56,714 nucleotides of DNA from Candidatus Magasanikiibacteriota bacterium (lineage in GTDB: Bacteria; Patescibacteriota; Patescibacteriia; Magasanikbacterales; UBA922), in contig JBPOIO010000016.1 of the NCBI GenBank assembly GCA_052034405.1, positions 1 to 56,714 of the forward strand, in the 5' to 3' direction. This document shows positions 1-9,327 of this stretch, piece after piece (the stretch's first letter is position 1; every line of letters starts with the position of its first letter). A program made the translations under genes and the position numbers. The notes under the pieces are model-generated. The model had not been told where the DNA came from, searched no databases, and worked only from the letters and a program-made list of their open reading frames with translations.

Positions 1-80
1 GGTTTGGATTTTAATTCCAGTACTCCCGAGCCAAGAAATGTGCATATTTCAGACAAAAAATATAAATATGTGTAGCCTAA

Positions 81-125
81 ACGAGTAGACGACGTCCCGA
101 CTTATTCGGGATGTTGTTTACTCGT
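81..125 (+). other. 45-nt extended hairpin (about 20 bp stem, loop CTTAT), no T-run after it
   Basis: ACGAGTA-g-AC-g-AC-g-TCCCGA / TCGGGA-t-GT-t-GT-t-TACTCGT. The three g:t positions are G-U wobbles only if the + strand is transcribed. Confidence 0.4.
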
Positions 126-256
126 ACTTAGATTCTATTGCCCATAGTATACCTCAATGAAAGAAGCCTGACAAGTTTTTTGTACTATATATAGGAGCAA
201 GAAATGCTCTTTATTTGAAAGTGGATAAATAGCTTTGTAGAGGCAAAAAACCACCC

Positions 257-285
257 TTGCAAAAAAAAGATCTTTGTGTTATACT
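257..285 (+). promoter_or_regulatory. sigma70-type promoter for the S1 gene
   Basis: TTGCAA (257-262), 17-nt spacer, TATACT (280-285), about 70 nt upstream of the ATG at 356. Confidence 0.6.
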
Positions 286-355
286 CACTACCACTTTTTA
301 CTAATCCCAGAAATCTGGGGCTTGGGCATTTTAAACCCAGGTTAAGCTTTTTTTT

Positions 356-1513
356 ATGAAAGCAGAAGATAACAATTTTGGTGAGCTTTTGAAACAGTAT
401 TTTCAAAAGTTGCCAAAAGTAGGCGAAACAGTCAATGGAAAGGTAATTTCTCTTGATAACGGAGCAGTTCGAATCGATATTAATGGTGTGATCACTGGTG
501 TGATCCGTGGTAAAGAACTCTTTACCGAATCTGCAGAATTTTCAAACATAAAAATTGGTGAAGAAGTACAGGCAACTGTCCTTGAAGCAGAAAACGAAAA
601 CGGAGAAATGGAATTGTCTTTCCGTGCTGCTGGTCACCAACGTGTTTGGGACAAAATGGGTGAATACATGAAAACAGGTATCACTCTCAAAGCAAAAGTT
701 TTGGCTGCAAACAAAGGTGGTCTTATGATGCAGGTAGATGCACTTGGTGCTTTTATGCCTGTTTCTCAGCTCAACCCAGATCATTATCCTCGTGTTCCTG
801 GTGGAGACAAATCTCGCATCCTCGAGCATCTTCAACGCCTTATCGGCATTGATATGCAGGTAAAAGTGATCGATGTTGATCAAAAAGAAGAAAAATTGAT
901 TGTTTCTGAAAAAGCTGTTTGGGAAGATGACCAAAAAGCAGTTCTTGATTCATACAAAATTGGTGATGCTGTTGAGGGCGAAATTTCTGCTCTTACAAGT
1001 TTTGGAGCTTTCCTCAAATTTGGTGAAGGCCTCGAAGGTCTTATCCATATTTCAGAAATTGCATGGCAACGTATTGACCATCCAAAGGATGTGCTCAAAG
1101 TAGGTGATCGTGTAAAAGCTCAAATTATTGACTTGAACAAATCAAAAATCTATCTTTCTATCAAACGTCTCGTAGACGATCCATGGAAGAGTGTAAAAGA
1201 TAAATACACTATTGGACAGATCGTTGAAGGAGTCGTGCACAAAATCGAAGCTTTTGGTCTCATGGTAAAACTTGACGATCAAATCCACGGTTTGGCACAT
1301 CTTTCTGAAATTTCAGATGCCCCAATCGTTGATGTCAAAGATATCCGAGAGAAATTTACTCTTGGAGAAAAATATCGTTTTGAAATCGTTTCTATTGAAC
1401 CAGCAGAACACCGTCTTGGCCTCAAACTCGAAGGAGTGAAGGGAAAACCTCGCACTGCGAAAAAAGACGCTGCAAAAGCTGACAAAGAAGAAGAAACAAA
1501 AGACGAAGAATAA
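356..1513 (+). CDS. rpsA: S1 RNA-binding domain protein (short ribosomal protein S1 homologue with repeated S1/OB motifs)
   Basis: 385-aa ORF with four repeats of the G-x-x-V-x-G-x-V type (GETVNGKVISL, GEEVQATVLEA, GDAVEGEISAL, GQIVEGVVHKI) and a lysine/acidic tail. Confidence 0.8.
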   Translation: MKAEDNNFGELLKQYFQKLPKVGETVNGKVISLDNGAVRIDINGVITGVIRGKELFTESAEFSNIKIGEEVQATVLEAENENGEMELSFRAAGHQRVWDKMGEYMKTGITLKAKVLAANKGGLMMQVDALGAFMPVSQLNPDHYPRVPGGDKSRILEHLQRLIGIDMQVKVIDVDQKEEKLIVSEKAVWEDDQKAVLDSYKIGDAVEGEISALTSFGAFLKFGEGLEGLIHISEIAWQRIDHPKDVLKVGDRVKAQIIDLNKSKIYLSIKRLVDDPWKSVKDKYTIGQIVEGVVHKIEAFGLMVKLDDQIHGLAHLSEISDAPIVDVKDIREKFTLGEKYRFEIVSIEPAEHRLGLKLEGVKGKPRTAKKDAAKADKEEETKDEE

Positions 1514-1526
1514 TCATAAAAATAAA

Positions 1527-1557
1527 ATCCTCCAGCATTCGCTTGGGGGATTTTTTT
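1527..1557 (+). terminator. rho-independent terminator after the S1 gene
   Basis: 8-bp stem ATCCTCCA/TGGGGGAT (one G-U), 9-nt loop, then T7. Confidence 0.7.
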
Positions 1558-1587
1558 ATCTTTGCGAGGGAGCTTCTTTTTGGGCCG

Positions 1588-1616
1588 TTGACAAAAGTGC
1601 TTCTTTTTGAGATAAT
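1588..1616 (+). promoter_or_regulatory. sigma70-type promoter for ftsH
   Basis: TTGACA (1588-1593), 17-nt spacer, GATAAT (1611-1616). This places the transcription start after the GTG at 1619 and favours the ATG at 1664. Confidence 0.6.
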
Positions 1617-1663
1617 TCGTGAATAGAAAGAAAGAATTTCTTTACTTAATTGAGCATATTTTT

Positions 1664-3541
1664 ATGAATTCACTTGTCCGTAATTTTGTACTTGTTATTG
1701 TTTCGCTGCTTTTGATCGCTGGAATCATGAGTACTGTGGTAAATAAAGATGCCAAACCCCAACAAGTAGGGGTGAGTGTGCTTATTGAAGCCATGGAAAA
1801 AGACCAGATCAAGACTATCGATGTCATGGGGGACACGCTTTTGGCTTACCCAAAAGACGAAAAGGCAAAGACTCTTGAAGTAAAAAAAGAGTTTGGGCAA
1901 TCTTTTTCTGAGCTCATGAAGGATTATTCGGTAAATCCAGAAAAACTCAAAGGAGTGGACGTAAAAATTAAACAAGAAACTGGTTGGCGTGCGGTACTGG
2001 GTGCTCTTGCCCCATATATTATTCCACTTGTAATTGTGGGTGCTTTGATTTTCTTTTTGACTCGTCAGGTTCAGGGTGCAAATAACAAAGCCATGGGTTT
2101 TGGTCAAAGTAATGCCAAACAAGTAAAACCAGACGATCAGAATAAAAAAACATTTGCAGATGTTGCCGGTGCCAAAGAAGCAAAATCAGAACTTGAAGAA
2201 ATCGTAGACTTTTTGAAAAATCCAAAAAAATTCGCAGATATGGGAGCAAAGATTCCAAAGGGAGTTTTGCTCATGGGATCTCCTGGTACAGGAAAAACAC
2301 TGCTTGCCAAAGCAGTTGCGGGTGAAGCCAACGTTCCATTTTTTCATATTAGTGGATCTGAGTTTGTAGAAATGTTTGTGGGTGTTGGTGCTAGTCGTGT
2401 GCGTGATCTTTTTCAAAAGGCCAAAAAATCTGCACCTGCTATTATCTTTATTGACGAAATTGATGCGGTAGGACGAAAACGTGGTGCCGGACTTGGTGGA
2501 AGTCATGATGAACGTGAACAAACATTGAACCAAATTCTCGTCGAGATGGACGGATTTGATCCACATATTGGTGTGATTGTTATTGCGGCAACCAATCGTC
2601 CTGATGTGCTTGATCAGGCATTGCTTCGCCCAGGTCGTTTTGACCGACGTGTCGTGATTGATATGCCAGATATTGCGGATCGTGAAGAAATTCTCAAGGT
2701 TCATGCCGTAGGAAAACCATTATCAAGTGATGTAAATCTTCATACTCTTGCCGAACGTACTCCTGGATTCTCCGGAGCTGATCTTGGAAATCTTCTCAAC
2801 GAAGCAGCAATTTTGGCCGTTCGAAAAGGCAAAAAAGAAGTGAATGAGGTTGATGTTCGTGAAAGTATTGATAAAGTAATTTTGGGACCAGAAAAACGTT
2901 CTCGTGTGATGAGTGAACATGACAAAAAAATGACAGCCTACCACGAAGCTGGACATGCTATTGTTGGACATTTTCTCTCACACTGTGATCCTGTTCGCAA
3001 GATCTCTATTATTGGTCGTGGTATGGCGGGTGGTTACACACTGTCTATGCCAGTCTCGGATCAACATTATCAGACCATATTGCACTTCAAAGACGATATG
3101 GCTATGATGATGGGTGGTTATGTTGCAGAGCGTATGATCTATGGTGATGAAAACCTTTCTACAGGGCCATCAAGTGACCTCAAAAAAGCAACGCAGCTTG
3201 CAACAGCTATGGTGACTCGTTATGGTATGAGTGACAAGATGGGGCCTCGTGTCTTTGCACCAAACGAAGAAATGATTTTTCTTGCACAAGAAATTCATGA
3301 CAAGAAAAACTATAGTGAAAAAACAGCCCAAATGATTGACGAAGAGGTGAGTCGCTTGCTCGAAGAAGCAAAGGCTCTCGCTGTAAAGGTTTTGACAGAA
3401 AAACGCCCTATCATGGAAAAATTGGTTAGCTCTCTGATGGAAAAAGAAACTATTGAACAAGAAGAATTTGTGGCGATTGTTGGAGAAAAAGTAAAGAAGG
3501 TTGATGTAAGAAATCCAGAAGGTGTCGTAGTCGATGCCTAA
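1664..3541 (+). CDS. ftsH: ATP-dependent zinc metalloprotease FtsH
   Basis: N-terminal TM helices, Walker A GSPGTGKT, Walker B IIFIDEID, second region of homology, zinc motif HEAGHAI. The ORF-track start at 1619 lies inside the promoter, so the ATG at 1664 (MNSLVRNF) is preferred. Confidence 0.95.
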   Translation: MNSLVRNFVLVIVSLLLIAGIMSTVVNKDAKPQQVGVSVLIEAMEKDQIKTIDVMGDTLLAYPKDEKAKTLEVKKEFGQSFSELMKDYSVNPEKLKGVDVKIKQETGWRAVLGALAPYIIPLVIVGALIFFLTRQVQGANNKAMGFGQSNAKQVKPDDQNKKTFADVAGAKEAKSELEEIVDFLKNPKKFADMGAKIPKGVLLMGSPGTGKTLLAKAVAGEANVPFFHISGSEFVEMFVGVGASRVRDLFQKAKKSAPAIIFIDEIDAVGRKRGAGLGGSHDEREQTLNQILVEMDGFDPHIGVIVIAATNRPDVLDQALLRPGRFDRRVVIDMPDIADREEILKVHAVGKPLSSDVNLHTLAERTPGFSGADLGNLLNEAAILAVRKGKKEVNEVDVRESIDKVILGPEKRSRVMSEHDKKMTAYHEAGHAIVGHFLSHCDPVRKISIIGRGMAGGYTLSMPVSDQHYQTILHFKDDMAMMMGGYVAERMIYGDENLSTGPSSDLKKATQLATAMVTRYGMSDKMGPRVFAPNEEMIFLAQEIHDKKNYSEKTAQMIDEEVSRLLEEAKALAVKVLTEKRPIMEKLVSSLMEKETIEQEEFVAIVGEKVKKVDVRNPEGVVVDA

Positions 3542-3555
3542 AAAAGAAATAAAAT

Positions 3556-3589
3556 AAAAATCCCTCGATATTCTGTCGGGGGATTTTTT
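3556..3589. terminator. bidirectional terminator between ftsH and the convergent gene
   Basis: 9-bp stem 3560-3568/3576-3584 flanked by an A-run and a T-run. Confidence 0.7.
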
Positions 3590-3600
3590 GTAGAGTATTT

Positions 3601-4470
3601 TTAAGCTGCGCGGCGTTCATTTTCTGCTTCAAGTCCCATTGTGTCAAGAACTGTTGCAAGATGAGTATCTGCGGTTCCAAGGTTCTCTGGATCTTGAAGA
3701 GCTGGTGGGCTCGATTCGTGAATTTTATATTTTTTCAGTTCTTCGTCTCGAATTTTTGCTATAACCTCTAGAGGAAGAGAAAATTCTGCCATGTATGTTT
3801 CATCTGCTACCCATTTTCCATTTTCTATTCGCATTTTTTGTAAAATTGTTGGAATCCATTCTGCATCTTTTGCTTTATATATAGGTTTTTCCTTTGTCCC
3901 GAGATTTTCCATGTAAGTTTCTCCCCAGAGATGTGTTTTGTTTTTGATCATGATGGCAAGATCCATGTATTCTCTTTCAAGGCGTAAATCATTTTCTGTG
4001 ATTGCGATTCCCTTTTTTCTATTTTCTGCTATGTCCTGTGCTCTTTGGGCAAAGCGCTGAGACATTTCTCTATATGATTTTTTTATCTCTTCTCCAATTT
4101 TTACAAGTTGTTCTTTTGTTTCTTTTGGTAGTGCTTGAATAGCATAAACATCAACACTTTTGAGGGTCCCTTCAATATCTTCTGCGACAATTTTTGAAGG
4201 TTCAGTAGAAAGAGCCTCTGGATCTGAAAAGAATTTTGCATATACAGATTCTTTTTTTGTAGTAGGATCTTCAAGCTTTGTGACCACAAACATATCTCCA
4301 GGAGCAAAACCACTTCCTTTTTGAAGAAGATCTTGAATCTTTTTTCCGTCTGTCAAAAGCCAACGATCTCGGGCGATCATTCTTTCGTGGTCATTTTGTG
4401 GAATTTCTTGATCTTTAAAATGTCTGAGATCCTCGAGTGTCATATTTTTATGATGCTTGTTCAAATCCAA
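3601..4470 (-). CDS. hypothetical protein (charged, probably cytosolic)
   Basis: 289-aa ORF with no motif I recognise. An alternative start at 4443 (MTLEDL) would remove the 23-nt overlap with the upstream gene. Confidence 0.5.
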   Translation of the reverse strand: MDLNKHHKNMTLEDLRHFKDQEIPQNDHERMIARDRWLLTDGKKIQDLLQKGSGFAPGDMFVVTKLEDPTTKKESVYAKFFSDPEALSTEPSKIVAEDIEGTLKSVDVYAIQALPKETKEQLVKIGEEIKKSYREMSQRFAQRAQDIAENRKKGIAITENDLRLEREYMDLAIMIKNKTHLWGETYMENLGTKEKPIYKAKDAEWIPTILQKMRIENGKWVADETYMAEFSLPLEVIAKIRDEELKKYKIHESSPPALQDPENLGTADTHLATVLDTMGLEAENERRAA

Positions 4471-4984
4471 GTATTTGTTCTCCGGTATTTTTTACACAAT
4501 TTGCAGTAGTTCGGGCTATAGACTCACTCAACTCTGGGCTTTCTTTACAAAGGGCCATTATATCATCTGTGACATTATTTTGTTTGAGTTCTTTTTGAAG
4601 CGTTTGAAGGTGTTGTTCTTTATCTTCGGGTTTCCAATTATAACCAAGCTCACGTAATCCATTAAGTGCAAGATCGATGATAGTATTTGGGTTTAGTCCT
4701 ATTTTGAGAGCTGCTTCGAAGCCCTTTGTGGGTTCATCAAGATTTCTTTCTATACTTTCTTTTGGTATTTCACTTGTTGGAAATTGTAAAACATTGCTTG
4801 ATTTGCTGTTATCAAGAAGGTTTGCAGCTTCCATGGCTGCTATTTCTGCAGGACTCATCCGTTCTGTTTTTGGTGGTAAATTTAAATTTTCTGAAGAAGT
4901 TGATTCTACTCTTGGTACTGCTCGTGGTGGTCCTTCTACAAAGTTTCTTGGTGGATCTCCTCGAAATTTTGAAAAATCATTCAT
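4448..4984 (-). CDS. hypothetical protein
   Basis: 178-aa ORF, co-directional with and abutting 3601-4470. No recognised motif. Confidence 0.45.
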   Translation of the reverse strand: MNDFSKFRGDPPRNFVEGPPRAVPRVESTSSENLNLPPKTERMSPAEIAAMEAANLLDNSKSSNVLQFPTSEIPKESIERNLDEPTKGFEAALKIGLNPNTIIDLALNGLRELGYNWKPEDKEQHLQTLQKELKQNNVTDDIMALCKESPELSESIARTTANCVKNTGEQILGFEQAS

Positions 4985-5005
4985 AAAATTTTTTTAAAAA
5001 TAAAT

Positions 5006-5695
5006 TTATTTTGTTTCATCAATAATTTTTTGGATGGCTATTTTGAATTCTTCAAGTGTGCGAAGTTGGGCTTCTTTGCCATTGAGGAAAAAAGTTGGGG
5101 TAGCATTCAGTCCTGCGTTGGCAGCACTTGTACTATCAAGACCAACTCGATCGATGGTATCGCTGGCAAGACCAACTCGATCGATGGTATCGCTGGCGCT
5201 GAGGTCATTTACAAATTGGTCTTTTTTGAGACCAAGATTCATTGCATATTCGGTAAAAATTGCATCGGTAGAAGTAGCATTTTCCCACTGACTCTGGCGA
5301 TCAAAGAGCATATCATGCATTTCCCAGAATTTTCCTTGTTTGCTGGCAGCTTCGGAGGCAAGTGCTGCAGGGTAGGCATTTGGATGAAGTTCTGTGAGAG
5401 GAAAATGGCGGTATACAATACGAAGGTCATTTGGGTATGAACTTGCCAGGTCTCGAAGAATAGGTTCGTATTGACCACAGGCTGGGCACTGGAAGTCACT
5501 GTATTCTACAAGGGTTACTTTGGCAGTATTTGGACCACGAATATGGTCAACATTTGTATTTACTTCACTTGTGAGTGTGTTGCTCGTATTTGCGCCAGAG
5601 CCACCACCCAAAATAGCCAGACCAATAAAAAGACCAACAATAGCTAAAATTACAAGAGACCAAATGGCAATTTGTTTTTTGTCAACACTGTTCAT
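5006..5695 (-). CDS. DsbA-family thiol:disulfide oxidoreductase, membrane-anchored or secreted
   Basis: N-terminal TM/signal helix, thioredoxin-fold active site FQCPACGQ, DsbA-like C-terminal part. Carries an internal 10-aa duplication. Confidence 0.8.
   Translation of the reverse strand: MNSVDKKQIAIWSLVILAIVGLFIGLAILGGGSGANTSNTLTSEVNTNVDHIRGPNTAKVTLVEYSDFQCPACGQYEPILRDLASSYPNDLRIVYRHFPLTELHPNAYPAALASEAASKQGKFWEMHDMLFDRQSQWENATSTDAIFTEYAMNLGLKKDQFVNDLSASDTIDRVGLASDTIDRVGLDSTSAANAGLNATPTFFLNGKEAQLRTLEEFKIAIQKIIDETK
5137..5196. repeat. perfect 30-bp tandem duplication (2 x 30 bp) inside the DsbA-like CDS
   Basis: caagaccaactcgatcgatggtatcgctgg at 5137-5166 is repeated exactly at 5167-5196. 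It is in frame and gives ASDTIDRVGL twice. Confidence 0.95.
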
Positions 5696-5724
5696 ATGCT
5701 GTGGATAAAAGTTATATGTGTATA

Positions 5725-6996
5725 TTACTCTAAAACGGCGAGGCCTTCAATATGTGGAGTTCTTGGAAAAAAGTTATAGAGTTGAAGGTAGGCGAGGGAG
5801 TATCCTTGGCCAAGCAGGCGCAAATCTCGGGCATGGGTAGCGATATCGCATGACATATAGATAATGCGTTTGGGGTGTTTTTGGAGGAGCATTTTGACAA
5901 CATCGGCATGAAGTCCTGCACGAGGTGGATCGAGAATCACCATGGATTCGGAGTTTATAAATTGTGTCAACTTTTCTGCTGGAGCACATTCGGCAATAAC
6001 ATTGTGGCGTTTATTGAAGCTAATGTTTTCAAGCGCATATTCAATCGCCTCGCTATTGTTGTCTACGAGGGTTGTGGCAGAGCGATTTTGTGAAAGTGGC
6101 AAACTAATAGCACCAACACCAGAATAGTAGTCTATAACAGGGATTTTGGGATCAAGAAATGCGGCGATATCTTTTAGGGCCATTTCAAAAATAGGCTGGT
6201 TGATTTGAAAAAAACTAAAAACTCCGTATTTGAGAGATGTCCCAAAAACGTCTGTAATCAGATAATTTTGACCAGCACTATAGAGAAGTTCTGTTGGTAC
6301 CGATGCTGGGCTCTTGTGTGTTGAATAGTAGAGTTGAAATCCTACAAGAGGGGATTTGAGCTCTGGATATTCACTGAAGCTGAGTTTGTCTTTGATAAAA
6401 AGACCGGCAAGAGTTTCGCCTTTTGGGTTGCTGCGAATAATGACTGCTTTGAGACTGCGAAGTGGAATTTTTACTGTATTAATCCAGTTGAGAAGTGTCG
6501 TGGCTGTAGTATTTATTTCTTTTGATGCAAGCTTTGAACCACTTACGGCTATTTTCATTCGCTGTCCGCGTTCAAAAAAAGCAAGTTGTATTTGTCCATC
6601 TACTTCTGTAAAACTAAATTCCATTTTGTTACGGTATCCGTATTCGATGCCATCACTTGCAATTTTGAGTGAATCTGGAGAGAGAATAAGATCTCCAATT
6701 TTGCTGTACTGTTCGGCAGCGATAGCACGTTTCCAATAATTTTCGCTTTCAAAATTCATCATCTGCCAAGGAGAGGTTGAGAGAAATTCTCGTTCTTCTG
6801 GGTTGATGCGTTCTTTTGCTGGATTTATAATATGGGTTGCAATTCCTTCAAGGTGCGTTTTTTTATCACTGAGGATTTCAACTTCAACATCTTCTCCAGC
6901 AAGTGCATTCCAAATAAAAGCAGCTTTGCCTTCGGGAGTTCGGCCAAGACCCTGGCCACCATTGACGAGTTTTTCGATGTGGAGTGTAGTTTTCAT
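5725..6996 (-). CDS. TrmA/RlmD-family RNA (uracil-5-)-methyltransferase
   Basis: 423 aa. TRAM-like N-terminus (IEKLVNGGQGLGR), SAM-binding VIDYYSGVGAISL, catalytic-Cys motif IIYMSCDIATHARD, C-terminal FPRTPHIE. Confidence 0.85.
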   Translation of the reverse strand: MKTTLHIEKLVNGGQGLGRTPEGKAAFIWNALAGEDVEVEILSDKKTHLEGIATHIINPAKERINPEEREFLSTSPWQMMNFESENYWKRAIAAEQYSKIGDLILSPDSLKIASDGIEYGYRNKMEFSFTEVDGQIQLAFFERGQRMKIAVSGSKLASKEINTTATTLLNWINTVKIPLRSLKAVIIRSNPKGETLAGLFIKDKLSFSEYPELKSPLVGFQLYYSTHKSPASVPTELLYSAGQNYLITDVFGTSLKYGVFSFFQINQPIFEMALKDIAAFLDPKIPVIDYYSGVGAISLPLSQNRSATTLVDNNSEAIEYALENISFNKRHNVIAECAPAEKLTQFINSESMVILDPPRAGLHADVVKMLLQKHPKRIIYMSCDIATHARDLRLLGQGYSLAYLQLYNFFPRTPHIEGLAVLE

Positions 6997-7089
6997 AGCG
7001 GAAACACTATAACATATACAGAAAAATTTTGCGAGAGGGGGGCATTTTGGTGTATACTAGAAACAAATTTATATTTTTAATTTTTTTAT

Positions 7090-8118
7090 ATGGAAACAAA
7101 AGTCAAAATACAGTCAGTAACCAATACGCAAATTGCTGTCGCTGTTGGAGTTGCGATTCTTGCTGGTGGTTTGGCTTTTGCTGCATCTCCTCGAAATAGA
7201 CAAAAAGCACCAGCTTGCACAGTGGAGAGTATTGAATGGGTAAATAGTTGTCCGAGAGCAGGTCAGTATCATACCGCGCGTTATGTTTGTAGTGATGGAT
7301 CAACTGGACAGGCTGCGGGAAATGGATGTCGTACAACAAGTAAATTGCAGCAGGTAGTAAATCGTGCATGTTCAAGAAAACAATGTTCTGCGGATGTTGT
7401 AGCCAATCGAGCTGCAGACGCAGTAGTTGCTGAAGTCCCTGCTCCTGTAGCGCCTGTTGCTCCAGTTGTTGATAGTCCAGCTCCAAATCCAGTAGCAGAT
7501 GCAAACCAATGTGGTTTACAAAATATTCAGTATGCAGATTCTTGTGGAAGAAATAAATATGAAAAAGTAGAATTTACTTGTACTGATGGATATTTTAGTA
7601 GTCATAATACGAATTGTTCTTCAATGAGTGATTTGCAAGAATCAGCTATTACAGCTTGTGCCTATCGTGACTGTCGTCCGGCTCAAGCAAAAGCTCAAGC
7701 TCCAGAGCAAGATACAAATACAGATACTACAAAAACTGCTCCAGAAGCTATGGGTAATAGAGACAGTATTTCTCAGGCATACAGTCCAATAGTATTTATT
7801 TCTGGAAATGAAATTAGTTTTCGTCCAGATGGAGAAAAAATATCTTTTGGTGTTCGTCTCTCCAATCGTGGATCTGGAGTTGCGGGAAGTGATGTCAAAT
7901 ATACTTTGAATTTTCTCGATGGGCAGAGCAATATTGTTCAAATGTTAGTTCTCAATTTGGCTTCAGAACTTGGGATTGGAGATGAAAAACTTTTTGAAAC
8001 AGCACTTCCAATTCCAGATGGAGCACTTTTTGTGAAGGTTGCTGTAGATCCAAATTTTTCTGACGGAAAAGACAACGAAGTAACTTCAATGATCCCTACC
8101 GTCCTTTTTGCTCAATAA
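7090..8118 (+). CDS. anchored/secreted protein with two 6-Cys modules, a Pro/Ala linker and a C-terminal beta-rich (CARDB-like?) domain
   Basis: N-terminal hydrophobic helix. Two internal repeats with the same Cys spacing (CTVESIEWVNSC...C.DG...C...AC....C and CGLQNIQYADSC...C.DG...C...AC....C). Confidence 0.55.
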   Translation: METKVKIQSVTNTQIAVAVGVAILAGGLAFAASPRNRQKAPACTVESIEWVNSCPRAGQYHTARYVCSDGSTGQAAGNGCRTTSKLQQVVNRACSRKQCSADVVANRAADAVVAEVPAPVAPVAPVVDSPAPNPVADANQCGLQNIQYADSCGRNKYEKVEFTCTDGYFSSHNTNCSSMSDLQESAITACAYRDCRPAQAKAQAPEQDTNTDTTKTAPEAMGNRDSISQAYSPIVFISGNEISFRPDGEKISFGVRLSNRGSGVAGSDVKYTLNFLDGQSNIVQMLVLNLASELGIGDEKLFETALPIPDGALFVKVAVDPNFSDGKDNEVTSMIPTVLFAQ

Positions 8119-8125
8119 TTTAATT

Positions 8126-9262
8126 ATGGAAATTTTTCAAACCCTACCTGGACAAATTTTGGCTATTGCTGTTATTGCGGTACTCATTTATTACGCTACA
8201 ATGAAAAAACAGCATGAAGGTTCTGGAGATTCTTCGGGTCCCTCAATGATCTCAAAGATGAAAGCTGGGCGTTCTGTTACTCCAACACTCAATTCTTATA
8301 CGGTAGATTTTACGGAGCTCGCAAAAATTGGTCGCATTGATCCTGTGGTCGGTCGACATGATGAAGTATTACGACTTGCTCAGGTACTTTCTCGTCGTGG
8401 AAAAAATAATGCCCTTCTTATTGGCCCTCCTGGAGTAGGAAAAACTGCCATTGTAGAGGCTTTGGCACAGCGTATTATTCAAAAAGATGTACCAGAGGTT
8501 TTGCTCGATAAACGTGTACTTGCTCTTGATGTGACGGCAATGTTATCTGGTACAAAATACCGTGGAGAATTTGAAGAGCGTGCAAAAAAATTGGTAAAAG
8601 AAATGGCAGATTCAAATCGCTCCATCATCCTTTTTATTGATGAAGTGCACTCGGTGATTCAATCACAGGGTACAGAAGGGGCAATCAACTTTTCGGATAT
8701 TTTGAAGCCGGCTCTTGCTCGTGGAGATCTCCAAATGATTGGTGCTACGACTATTGCCGAGTATGAAAAATATATCAAGACTGATCCTGCGCTCGAGCGT
8801 CGTTTTCAACTTGTAATGGTAGACGAACCAGACGAAGCGGCAACACTACAAATTTTACAAGGTGTAAAAGATAAATATCGTGAGTATCACAAAGTTGAAT
8901 TCACAGATGGTGCCCTCGAAGCTGCGGTAAAATTGTCCAATCAGTTGGTTCGTACTCGTACACAGCCTGACAAGGCTATTGATGCTATTGACGAAGCTGC
9001 TTCAATGGTAAAAGTATCTCATGTGCATGAATCTATTCCTACTATCTTGTACCAAGCTGCGGTAGTGGCTCACCCAGATTTGGCAGCAGTGTGGAAACAG
9101 ATCCAAGAGGTAGATGATAAAATCGCTGTTATTTTACCAGGAGATGCGAGTGCACTTTTGCAAAAACGTGAAGATTTGGAACAAAAACTTATTGATATTG
9201 GAGTGCTTGTGGTCGATGCCAGTGATGTCGAAGCAGTGGTCAAACAATGGGTCAAAGATTAA
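8126..9262 (+). CDS. membrane-anchored Clp/Hsp100-like AAA+ ATPase, D1 module only
   Basis: TM helix ([14 protein letters not shown]), then a ClpA/B/C D1 signature: [48 protein letters not shown], Walker [19 protein letters not shown]. No N-domain and no D2. The ORF-track start at 8108 is a TTG overlapping the upstream stop, so the ATG at 8126 is preferred. Confidence 0.75.
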   Translation: MEIFQTLPGQILAIAVIAVLIYYATMKKQHEGSGDSSGPSMISKMKAGRSVTPTLNSYTVDFTELAKIGRIDPVVGRHDEVLRLAQVLSRRGKNNALLIGPPGVGKTAIVEALAQRIIQKDVPEVLLDKRVLALDVTAMLSGTKYRGEFEERAKKLVKEMADSNRSIILFIDEVHSVIQSQGTEGAINFSDILKPALARGDLQMIGATTIAEYEKYIKTDPALERRFQLVMVDEPDEAATLQILQGVKDKYREYHKVEFTDGALEAAVKLSNQLVRTRTQPDKAIDAIDEAASMVKVSHVHESIPTILYQAAVVAHPDLAAVWKQIQEVDDKIAVILPGDASALLQKREDLEQKLIDIGVLVVDASDVEAVVKQWVKD

Positions 9263-9283
9263 TTTGAATTCAAATAGAAAAAT

Positions 9284-9315
9284 AAAAATCCTCGGAGAAT
9301 ATCCGAGGATTTTTT
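9284..9315. terminator. bidirectional terminator
   Basis: 8-bp stem ATCCTCGG/CCGAGGAT, 7-nt loop, A5 before and T6 after. Confidence 0.75.
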
Positions 9316-9327
9316 GTAAGATATATT

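Noticed and set aside
1-33. Possible 3' half of a tRNA at the window edge (UUGGA-UUUUAAU-UCCAG followed by UACUCCC-G).
   Set aside because: The putative T-loop lacks the near-invariant C56 (UUUUAAU instead of UUCRAAU), no CCA or clean acceptor can be confirmed, and the body lies outside the window.
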